From the IMG/VR virus record IMGVR_UViG_2914811602_000003, positions 4,528 to 68,527 of that record: DNA of 64,000 nucleotides; one strand, 5' to 3'. A program made the position numbers and the translations under genes. This DNA is from a virus. Its lineage: Duplodnaviria; Caudoviricetes. Below the pieces are notes generated by a model. The model was not told the origin of the DNA and searched no databases. It saw only the letters and a program-made list of their open reading frames with translations. Below, piece after piece: positions 17,635-25,861 of this stretch (its first letter is position 1; each line of letters begins with the position of its first letter).

Positions 17635-17875
17635 CTGTAGCTTTCTCTCCGATGGAGAACCCGGCCAATGAGGATCGTCTCGCCGACGACATCGAACAAA
17701 ATCCGATAATCGCCGACACGCAGCCGATAGGCCGGTTCGAAATTCGTCAGTTTTTTATATTGGGGACGTCTGGAAAGGCGGCTAATGTTTTAATTGCCGC
17801 GTGCAGGCGTTGTTTTTGAGGTGTGTCGATGTGTTGCAAGTCCTTGATCGCGCTTTTTCGCAGTTCAATCCGCAT
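17631..17875 (-). pseudogene. relE: RelE/ParE-family toxin with 1-bp deletion frameshift
   Basis: MRIELRKSAIKDLQ...PDVPNIK continues one frame over as KLTNFEPAYRLRVGDYRILFDV...VLHRRESYR. The span is 245 nt and the A6 run at 17751-17756 lacks one base. Confidence 0.85.
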
Positions 17876-18053
17876 GAGCGAGATAGTCCTCGAATGGGAT
17901 TGATGATTCATCGCGTGTTGCGTGGAGCGCCTTTAAGTCTTCAAGGTCTTCGATGGAGACGATTTCGGCACCGTCATGCTTGAAGTGTTCGAGTAACCAC
18001 AACACTTTTTCCGCGAGTTGGTCGTCTTTGATGTTGATGGCGATGTGATGCAT
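17865..18053 (-). CDS. Putative RelB-like antitoxin
   Basis: 62-aa acidic ORF overlapping the relE start; ends SIPFEDYL, typical of antitoxins. Confidence 0.65.
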   Translation of the reverse strand: MHHIAINIKDDQLAEKVLWLLEHFKHDGAEIVSIEDLEDLKALHATRDESSIPFEDYLAHAD

Positions 18054-18068
18054 GGCGCTGGCTCTTGA

Positions 18069-19367
18069 TTAGGATTGAGACTTTGGAAAAAGCTGTTGCA
18101 TCAGCCCTTTTTTATGCGTTTTGAGAGCGTCGAGTTTTTCCGTCTGGGCTGCGATGAGGATATCGAAAAAGGAAAGACAGGCGGCGATTTTTTGTTGTTC
18201 TCGTAAAGCCGGGGCAACTAGGGTCATTTCTTTGAAGAATGAAGCGCCAATAGTTTTTATAGTATTGCCGACCGCTATTGCCTCAAAGTATGGCTTCATT
18301 TTTTGCAGGGCATAGTAAAAAAACCAATTCGACAGTTTTGATTCATGACACTGCCAAGCCATGAAATGTTGACTCACTGCCATTGGAGAGTGAAGAACAG
18401 CGCTTTTCCCAACTCCTGCGTCGCGGCTCAAAATTACAGTGCCCGCAGGATGAAGAACTGCTGATGAATTTTTGATGCCGTCTTCGGATATTTCGACTTT
18501 AGTGTTAAAGATGTATCCATTATCTAATTTATCTGAATCAGCCAGCGAAACCCAACGTATTCCTCCATTGTAATAATTCGCTATTTTCTTGTTTGGCGTA
18601 TGCCCTGAACCTCTTTTAGCCATATCTTCAAGACTTTGTTCCTCCCACTCACCAGCCTCCTGAAACTCGGGGAAGCGCAGTCGTGGCACGGTTTCGCCCT
18701 CACGGGGGAAAAGCTGTTGCATCAGCCCGAACTTGTAGGCTTTCAAGGCATCGAGTTTGTCAGCTTGCGCGGCGATCAGGGCATCTAGGGAAGAGAGACA
18801 AGAGGCGATTTTTTGTTGTTCGAGTAAAGAAGACTTGCCTTTTGGCAAGGGGACCGGCGTAGCTAAGAAATCTCGGTTATCGATGTTCAATGAACCATGA
18901 GCGCGTGCACCTATGGTGATGAAATTTTTCAGCCATTTTCCATGTAGATTGTTCAGGAATTGAAAATAAAGAAATTGAGGAAGTGCGCTTTTACGGTCTA
19001 CTCTAAAGCATGTAAATACGCTATTTGGAACTGCTACCGGCGTAGCTCCTGAATACATATCAATAAAGCCTTCTGGGTAATTTTTAGTAGCACTTTTGTT
19101 ATATGCAAAATCTTGGTCTTGAATAACAATATAATTGCGATACTGTGCGCCTGCGATTACTTTGCCGAATTTTTCTAATTGAGAAACTAAACCAACGCCA
19201 GCGGTTATGCTCATTGGGGTAAGTTTCTTGTGCCCTGCTCTCTCGTTTATTAAGGCAGATATTTCATCGAGTTTTCTTAATTCCCACTCCCCCGCATCCT
19301 GAAACTCAGGAAACCGCAACCTCGGTACCAGCCCCGTCTTTTCGTCGCTCATACTATCTTCACTCAT
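18069..19367 (-). CDS. hsdS: Type I RM specificity subunit
   Basis: Two VPRLRFPEFQ(D/E)AGEW and two EQQKIA.CLS..D.LIAAQ..KLDALK..K.GLMQQLFP conserved blocks flanking two low-GC TRDs. Confidence 0.94.
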   Translation of the reverse strand: MSEDSMSDEKTGLVPRLRFPEFQDAGEWELRKLDEISALINERAGHKKLTPMSITAGVGLVSQLEKFGKVIAGAQYRNYIVIQDQDFAYNKSATKNYPEGFIDMYSGATPVAVPNSVFTCFRVDRKSALPQFLYFQFLNNLHGKWLKNFITIGARAHGSLNIDNRDFLATPVPLPKGKSSLLEQQKIASCLSSLDALIAAQADKLDALKAYKFGLMQQLFPREGETVPRLRFPEFQEAGEWEEQSLEDMAKRGSGHTPNKKIANYYNGGIRWVSLADSDKLDNGYIFNTKVEISEDGIKNSSAVLHPAGTVILSRDAGVGKSAVLHSPMAVSQHFMAWQCHESKLSNWFFYYALQKMKPYFEAIAVGNTIKTIGASFFKEMTLVAPALREQQKIAACLSFFDILIAAQTEKLDALKTHKKGLMQQLFPKSQS

Positions 19368-22300
19368 ACGCCGCCAATCCTGAAATCTCACGCCCACCCG
19401 CCTGCTTCTTGAGCAGAGGCGTCAACTCTTCCATCAATGCCCGTTCCGCCTGACCACGCGCTTTCCAGCCGAGACCCAGCGGCGCGAATAGCTCACGGAG
19501 TTGCTCGCCGTCGAAGATCAGGCGATCCAGAACCCCGGTCACAAAGCCTTGCAGCGCCTCCCGCGCCAACCCGTGCCGATCCGCCAGGGCGCTCAGTTCG
19601 TCCTCCGTTTTCTGCGCTTTAAAGGTCTGGTAGCCCTCACGGATGGCCTGCTCGCTCAAGCCCTTTCCGGCTTCCAGGGCGTTGATGTAGGCCACGATGT
19701 CTTCGCGCTCGTCCATCAGGTTGCTGTTGGCGTGCAGCAGACTGATGAGCTGATCGCGGCTCATGGTCTGCTTGCCGGGCGGCTCCTGACTGAAGCGCGC
19801 AACCAGATCCATGATGTAGTCATAGTCGATCGTCGCTGAGGAAAAGAGCACGAACTCGAAATCAAGCTGCTCGATGGTCTTCTGGATGTCGTCGCCGTTG
19901 CCGCCCGTGCCCTGCTGCGCCTTGAGCCGCTGGGCGGTCTCCAGATACATCCCCTTGAAGCCGCGCAAGGTCTCTTCCGGCAAGTGCTGTTCGATCTGCT
20001 CACGTTGCGCGTCGTTCAGGTCGGTGTACTGGTCAAGCTGCGTCTTGAGCCGCTGAATCTCCTTGAAGTGATTGACGAACGCAACCCGCGCTGCATCGCC
20101 CTTGAGATTGTTGACCGCCTCCGGCGTGCAGGGCTGCCCCTGCTTGGCCATGAAGGTTTCCAGTTGCTGCACAGCGGCATCGAGCTTTTCGATGACCGTC
20201 GGGGCCGGATCAACCAGCCAGATTTTGCGGGCGCGACGACTGTCCTCGCCGGAGAAGAGCGCGATGGCCTCATCCACAGCCTTTTGCTGGGCGCGGAAAT
20301 CGAGGATGTTGCCGTAAGGCTTGGTGTCGTTGAGCACGCGGTTGGTGCGCGAGAAGGCTTGAATCAGACCGTGATGCTTGAGGGGCTTATCGACATAGAG
20401 GGTGTTGAGGTACTGAGAGTCGAAGCCGGTCAGCAACATATCGACCACAATTGTAATGTCGATCTTGTGCTTGTGCGGGTAGTCGCTGTTGGGGTACTTC
20501 TGATCTTTGATGCGTTGCTGCACATCCTGATAGTACAGATCGAACTCACTCAACGTGTGGTTGGTGCCATAGCGGGCGTTGTAGTCGGCGATGATCTGCT
20601 GTAGGGCGGCTTTCTTCTTCTCAGGCTCCTGCTGGTTGTCGGCCTTTTCCTGCGGTAGGTCTTGCTGCAACTGCTTGACATCCGCATTGCCCTCGGCGGG
20701 CGGGGAGAACACGCAGGCAATGTTGAGCGGGCGAAAGTCCGGGGCGGTCGCCTGACGTTCAGCCTGCACCTGCTTGAAGCGCTCGTAATAGGCGATGGCC
20801 TCGTTGATGGAGGCGGTAGCCAGCAGGGCGTTGAAGCGGCGCTGGTTGGTCGCGGCATCGTGTTTAGCGAGGATGGCCTCGACGACAGCCGATTGCGCGA
20901 CGACCGGGCCGGGCTTGACGCTGTTGGGCTTGGTTGGGGCTGGAGCCGGAGCCGGCTGGGCGTCTGCATCACTCGGCGCTTTGGGCTTGCCCTCGGCTTT
21001 GAAGTAATCGACATGAAACCGCAGCACGTTGCGATCATCAATGGCGTGGGTGATGGTGTAGGCGTGCAGTTGCTTCTCGAAGATGTCCTTGGTCGTCTTG
21101 TAGGAGCCGACCGTGCCGTCGATCTTCTCGTAACTGGCGTTATCATTGAAGATGGGCGTGCCGGTAAAACCGAACAGTTGCGCCTTGGGGAAAAACCCTT
21201 TGATGGCCTGATGGTTGTCGCCAAACTGCGAGCGGTGGCATTCGTCGAAGATGATGACCAGGCGCTTGTCGCGCAGCGGGGCGAGCCGTTCCTTGTAGGT
21301 CAACTGGCCCTTGTCCTTATGCTGCCGGGCCTTCTTGCTGTTCTCATCCAGCGCCAAGCCGAGCTTCTGAATGGTGGTGACGATCACCTTGTCGGCATAG
21401 TCTTCCGAGAGTAAGCGGCGAACCAGAGTCTCGGTGTTGGTGTTCTCCTCGACACAGCCTTCCTGAAACTTGTTGAATTCGATACGGGTCTGGCGGTCGA
21501 GATCCTTGCGATCCACCACGAACAGGCATTTCTCGATGTCGGGGTTGTCCTTGAGCAGGGTCGCGGCCTTGAACGAGGTGAGCGTCTTGCCGCTGCCGGT
21601 GGTGTGCCAGATATAACCATTGCCCAGACACTCGTGGATGCAGGCAACGATGGCCTTGACGGCATAGATCTGGTAGGGGCGCATGATCAGTAGCCGCTGC
21701 TCACTGGCGACCAGAACCATGTACTGGCTCATCATCTGGCCGAGGGTGCACTTCGCTAGAAACTGCTCCGCGAACTCGTCGAGATGGGTGATCTTGCGAT
21801 TCTCGACATCGGCCCATTGGTAGATCGGTAGAAAACGCTCGTCGGCGTTGAAGGCGAAATGCTGGCTTTGGTTGTTGGCGAAGTAGAAGGTCTGATCGCG
21901 GTTGCTGACGATAAAGAGTTGCATGAAGCAGAGCAGCGTGTTGGTGTAGCCGTTGCCGGGATCGTTGCGATACTCGACGATCTGTTCCATCGCGCGGCGC
22001 GGGTTGATGCCCAACGTCTTCAGTTCGGCCTGCACCAGCGGTAGACCGTTGATCAGCAGGATGACGTCATAGCGGTGGTGGCTGTTGTCGGTGTTGATGC
22101 GCAGTTGGTGAATGACCTCGAAGTCGTTCTTGCACCAGTCCTTGAGGTTGACCAGCATGTAATGCAGTGAGGTGCCGTCCTCGCGCTGAAAGTAGCCGTA
22201 TTCGCGCAGTCGCTTGGCGGCCTGGAAGACATCGGCGGTGATGATCTCATCGCGGAGGCGTGCGAACTCGGAATCGTTGAGCGTGACGCCGTTGAGCGCC

Positions 22301-22425
22301 TCGAACTTGGCGCGAAAATTCTGCTCTAGCGCGGCCTTGTCGCGGATGTCGGGGCGATAGGTGTACTTGAGTTCCTGGAGCTTGTCGATCAGCCGCTGTT
22401 CGATGGCGCTTTCTTTCAGGGTCAT
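19360..22425 (-). CDS. hsdR: Type I RM restriction subunit
   Basis: YDVILLINGLPLVQAELK nuclease motif, WHTTGSGKT, IFDECHRSQFG, FTGTP, MLLTGFD, QAFSRTNR. Confidence 0.96.
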   Translation of the reverse strand: MTLKESAIEQRLIDKLQELKYTYRPDIRDKAALEQNFRAKFEALNGVTLNDSEFARLRDEIITADVFQAAKRLREYGYFQREDGTSLHYMLVNLKDWCKNDFEVIHQLRINTDNSHHRYDVILLINGLPLVQAELKTLGINPRRAMEQIVEYRNDPGNGYTNTLLCFMQLFIVSNRDQTFYFANNQSQHFAFNADERFLPIYQWADVENRKITHLDEFAEQFLAKCTLGQMMSQYMVLVASEQRLLIMRPYQIYAVKAIVACIHECLGNGYIWHTTGSGKTLTSFKAATLLKDNPDIEKCLFVVDRKDLDRQTRIEFNKFQEGCVEENTNTETLVRRLLSEDYADKVIVTTIQKLGLALDENSKKARQHKDKGQLTYKERLAPLRDKRLVIIFDECHRSQFGDNHQAIKGFFPKAQLFGFTGTPIFNDNASYEKIDGTVGSYKTTKDIFEKQLHAYTITHAIDDRNVLRFHVDYFKAEGKPKAPSDADAQPAPAPAPTKPNSVKPGPVVAQSAVVEAILAKHDAATNQRRFNALLATASINEAIAYYERFKQVQAERQATAPDFRPLNIACVFSPPAEGNADVKQLQQDLPQEKADNQQEPEKKKAALQQIIADYNARYGTNHTLSEFDLYYQDVQQRIKDQKYPNSDYPHKHKIDITIVVDMLLTGFDSQYLNTLYVDKPLKHHGLIQAFSRTNRVLNDTKPYGNILDFRAQQKAVDEAIALFSGEDSRRARKIWLVDPAPTVIEKLDAAVQQLETFMAKQGQPCTPEAVNNLKGDAARVAFVNHFKEIQRLKTQLDQYTDLNDAQREQIEQHLPEETLRGFKGMYLETAQRLKAQQGTGGNGDDIQKTIEQLDFEFVLFSSATIDYDYIMDLVARFSQEPPGKQTMSRDQLISLLHANSNLMDEREDIVAYINALEAGKGLSEQAIREGYQTFKAQKTEDELSALADRHGLAREALQGFVTGVLDRLIFDGEQLRELFAPLGLGWKARGQAERALMEELTPLLKKQAGGREISGLAAYE

Positions 22426-22515
22426 CCGATGTTCTCTCCTTGGCTAAGCGTTTCTCGGCCTACGGCGGCACAGCACATCTTGCCGCCGCTGAAGTCAGGG
22501 GCTTCGGAATTGTGG

Positions 22516-22722
22516 TTAAAGCGGCTGATCGCGACAGAGAGGGATCTGAACCTCGACGCGATTGGGTGCCCGTTGCAGCGGATCCAGACCGGGATAATCG
22601 CGAATCATGATCTCCAGCATGTTCGACAGACTGCGATGCTCGCGCTCGGCAGCTTGGCGCAACGCGGCCTTGGTCTCGGGACAGAGGCGGATAGTCAGGG
22701 TCTCGGTCTTGCGGGCTGACAT
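22516..22722 (-). CDS. Ribbon-helix-helix (Arc/CopG-like) regulator
   Basis: MSARKTETLTIRLCPETKAALRQAAEREHRSLSNMLEIMIRDY; directly upstream of hsdR. Confidence 0.72.
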   Translation of the reverse strand: MSARKTETLTIRLCPETKAALRQAAEREHRSLSNMLEIMIRDYPGLDPLQRAPNRVEVQIPLCRDQPL

Positions 22723-23132
22723 AATGGTGCGCGGTCCGGTTTCGCTTGTCGTGCCGCGATAGTACAACAACGGTACGTCCACGGCTAGGCACTAGGGGTG
22801 GCGTGTAAGCTGTGAGGATCAATGGACCAGCGGGGGCAGAAGCCACCCCGAAGATAGGGCAGGCAGCCTTTCGGGCCGGGCGACACGTTAAGGACCGGAC
22901 GTGGCGGTTCCTGTCACCGCTAACCTCGCCGCTATGTTCAACCCGGCGACGGGGCAGGCTGAGGTGAGGCGCGTCTTCAGTGGCGGCGTGCTCGTCCGCT
23001 TCAGGCGGGCATCGTGCCGCTGACGCAAGCGCTGTTGCTGGGTTTTTTGGAGGTCGTCTAGCTGACGTTGCGGCTGACCGAACTTGCACAATAATTCGAC
23101 CCTAGCCTCTTTGCACTCCTCTCTAACCGCTG

Positions 23133-23915
23133 TTAGATTCTTGCCAAACCGTTAGTTGTGATGGAATTTATCGCCATTTCGCGTTTTATGGCAGATGCCT
23201 TTTTCCTGCTAGACTCCGATGGGTTGCGGGTATCAGCGTTAAGCCATGCTTTAATGGTTCCGTTACCCTTGGATGGGTGTGTAAGGTGAACGCATAAAAA
23301 GTTTTTTGTCCTGTATGTAACAGCATCAATCTCTTTAAACCCATCAGGGTATAAAAAGCGAAATAAATTCCTACATTGCCGTATGTAAGGGTCTGTCACA
23401 CCAAGCAAGCACACTAGGTCGACCGATGAAGGAATACTGGAAAGATATTTTTGTGTGCAGTTGGAAATGATCCATGGGATTTCTTTAAAAGATTTAACCA
23501 TTAATTCGCCAGAGGTTTTGTAGACTTCTCTGCCTTTTTCTAGCGATTCCTTTTCGTCTATTCTTGCGCAACTGCAACGAACAAGCGATGTAAAATAAAA
23601 TTCTTGTTCTGTTTCTTTGATTTTTTGGTCAGATGTTTCTAATGGAGATAGTAGTTTAACTCGACGCAGAATATCAGTAAGGTTTCTTCGGGTTTCCTGG
23701 CCGCCAAATGCGACGTCATCAAAATTGCCGCTTTGATAGATATCTGACTGAGTAGAGCCTTTCGAAAAACCAACAACCATTATTCTCGGATTTCTGCTTC
23801 CCCAAGAGCCGGGATCGTTTCTCAGCTTCCATTTTGGATGTGGTTTTATAGTAGCGTCAGGCGAGTTGAAGCAATCACGACAATCCAATCTCCCATGTTT
23901 TTGTAGCTCAGTCAT
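23133..23915 (-). CDS. Uracil-DNA glycosylase superfamily-like protein
   Basis: PRIMVVGFSKG, FYFTSLVRC and VHLTHPS follow the order of UDG-superfamily motifs; low GC. Confidence 0.55.
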   Translation of the reverse strand: MTELQKHGRLDCRDCFNSPDATIKPHPKWKLRNDPGSWGSRNPRIMVVGFSKGSTQSDIYQSGNFDDVAFGGQETRRNLTDILRRVKLLSPLETSDQKIKETEQEFYFTSLVRCSCARIDEKESLEKGREVYKTSGELMVKSFKEIPWIISNCTQKYLSSIPSSVDLVCLLGVTDPYIRQCRNLFRFLYPDGFKEIDAVTYRTKNFLCVHLTHPSKGNGTIKAWLNADTRNPSESSRKKASAIKREMAINSITTNGLARI

Positions 23916-23937
23916 TTTGAACTCCTAATTCTTGCAA

Positions 23938-24198
23938 AGCTAACGAATAAGGTTAGATTCTTCTATCTCGACTTTGGCCATTTTTGGACTCCCACAGCCA
24001 GCTAAGTGCTTGAAACTTCGTAGGGGTGGAAAATTAGAGGGGGTCTGGACGCACGAACGCCGGATTTTGACCCCTCGCTATTTTTCTTGCGCCTTGTAAG
24101 TTACTGATCAAAAATGAGTTGCTGGTCAGGAAAAATGGCAAAATTCGAGTTCATAAAATGACGTAGATTTATGGGTCGTCTTTGATTTTTTGTTAGGC
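23938..24198. repeat. Long nested inverted-repeat element bounded by integron-like core sites
   Basis: IR 23967-23985 vs 24131-24149 (17/19), inner IR about 24030-24045 vs 24069-24085; minus-strand GCCTAAC at one end and GTTAGCT at the other. Confidence 0.55.
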
Positions 24199-25647
24199 AT
24201 TTATTTCAACTTCAATGTCTGAAATTAGTTGGTCAAATTCTGAATTAACTTCAAGAATATATTTCTCAATGGCAACCGTGCGAATGACGCTCTCATCAGT
24301 TTCCGCCTCCTTTGCAATACATGAAGCGTATTTGTGATGATTCTTTACTTCTTCTTTCTCTATCAACCAGTCGAAGTCAATGCCATATTTTTCTTTGATC
24401 AGCTTTTTTACGCTGTCGTTTGTAAAAACCTCCTTTTCTGGCGGCAGGCATCCCGGAAAAGAATACAGGTGTTCTTCTTTTTTTTGACCAATGTCTGCAT
24501 CTCTAATCGCGATTGCCTTTTTGCCCGTTCTCAATAAAACCTTGACGGCTTCCCTCACAGCATCTTTGTCGCCGATATCGTGTACAGCAATTGCTTTTAA
24601 TAATGCCTTGTTTTTTATTCTGATCACTTCTGTTAGTAAAACTTTAGCAAATATGTCTTCGACGCAAACATCTAGCTGCCTAACATAACCGTCAGAAAGG
24701 ACTGATCGGACTTGACATGAAGATATTCTGTTTCTAATTTCAACTCCATTTTCATCCCGCAACAGCAGTTTTCTAGCTTCTGGCGGTAATGCTTCTATAA
24801 TTACGCTTGAATGGGTTGATAAAACAATTTGATGATGCCGTCTGTTGCAAACATCTAATAAATATTTTGCAAATTCGTGTTGCGCACTTTCGTGAAGTGA
24901 CGTTTCAGGTTCTTCTAAGACAAAAAGGCTTTGTTCCGGAGACGTTTCAAGCAAATCAACTGTGTAAAGTATTCTACCTTCTCCGAATCCCATATTATTT
25001 TCAGAATACGAATTTCCAAGTCTAGATGCAATTCCAATCTCTAGCTCTTTCCCTCTGTGTGAGACGCCCTGAAAATTTACGCTATCATATTTGTGGCCTA
25101 TGATTCGCGCCATTTTTGTTACGACATCATTATCTAACTCTCTTTTTTCAGTTATTTTGATATTGATTCCGCCATAAATACTTAAATCTCGCCGTTCAAC
25201 CTTTGGGATGTAAACTGTAAATCCCACGTAAAAACAGTAGCGCTCTGGCTGTCGTTTATAACCAGACCAAGCAGAACTCGCTCGCGTTATAGTAACTTCC
25301 TGCGGCTTTCTATAGTCGTCTGTTTCGTATGTATAGATAATTTTTGCGCTATCTGAAATTGGCTTTGGATCAGCCGGAGATATTGGAAAAAAATCTTTTA
25401 TATATAGTCTTTTATATTGCACTGATGTTTGTGGTTTTTTGTAACCACAAATTGAAACTTGCCCGATCGTGCTTTTTCCTGCGCCGTTTAAGCCGGTAAT
25501 TGCAGTTATCGGAAATTCTATTTCGAAGCTTAAATTATCTATTCCACGAAAGCCCTCAATGTCCAGTTTCCGCAAACAGTGCCCAAAGTTTTTATATCTG
25601 TTTTTTTCTGAAAACTTTGATTTGAGAGTTCTAGCTATATCTGTCAC
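24193..25647 (-). CDS. OLD-family-like ABC ATPase with C-terminal TOPRIM-like domain
   Basis: LDIEGFRGI, GLNGAGKST, MGFGE signature, VLEEPETSLH, LSTHS; C-terminal VCVED...RDAD; likely GTG start at 25647; low GC. Confidence 0.8.
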   Translation of the reverse strand: MTDIARTLKSKFSEKNRYKNFGHCLRKLDIEGFRGIDNLSFEIEFPITAITGLNGAGKSTIGQVSICGYKKPQTSVQYKRLYIKDFFPISPADPKPISDSAKIIYTYETDDYRKPQEVTITRASSAWSGYKRQPERYCFYVGFTVYIPKVERRDLSIYGGINIKITEKRELDNDVVTKMARIIGHKYDSVNFQGVSHRGKELEIGIASRLGNSYSENNMGFGEGRILYTVDLLETSPEQSLFVLEEPETSLHESAQHEFAKYLLDVCNRRHHQIVLSTHSSVIIEALPPEARKLLLRDENGVEIRNRISSCQVRSVLSDGYVRQLDVCVEDIFAKVLLTEVIRIKNKALLKAIAVHDIGDKDAVREAVKVLLRTGKKAIAIRDADIGQKKEEHLYSFPGCLPPEKEVFTNDSVKKLIKEKYGIDFDWLIEKEEVKNHHKYASCIAKEAETDESVIRTVAIEKYILEVNSEFDQLISDIEVEINA

Positions 25648-25861
25648 TCTATATTCCTTTTTGCTTAACAATGAATTTAAAATTAATTAGAATTCTCAGG
25701 TCTATACTGTAGTCCGTTTAAACCCATTGCTATAAAAAGCTAGTAGCTGATGGATGGACTCGCCGTCCTCGCCCGAAATCAGCCCAACGTGGACGCTTGC
25801 CAGGCTGGCCCGCTTCTTCCGTCGATGCAGTACCTCGTGCCACGTCCACGGAAAGGATAGC

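Noticed and set aside
22850-22925. Group II intron 3' end (CACGTCCGGTCC...GCCCTAT on minus)
   Set aside because: The 5' strand of domain V cannot pair with the candidate 3' strand, and there is no RT/maturase nearby.
22888-23091. 67-aa ORF upstream of the RHH gene
   Set aside because: No convincing RBS or motif; it overlaps the structured non-coding region.
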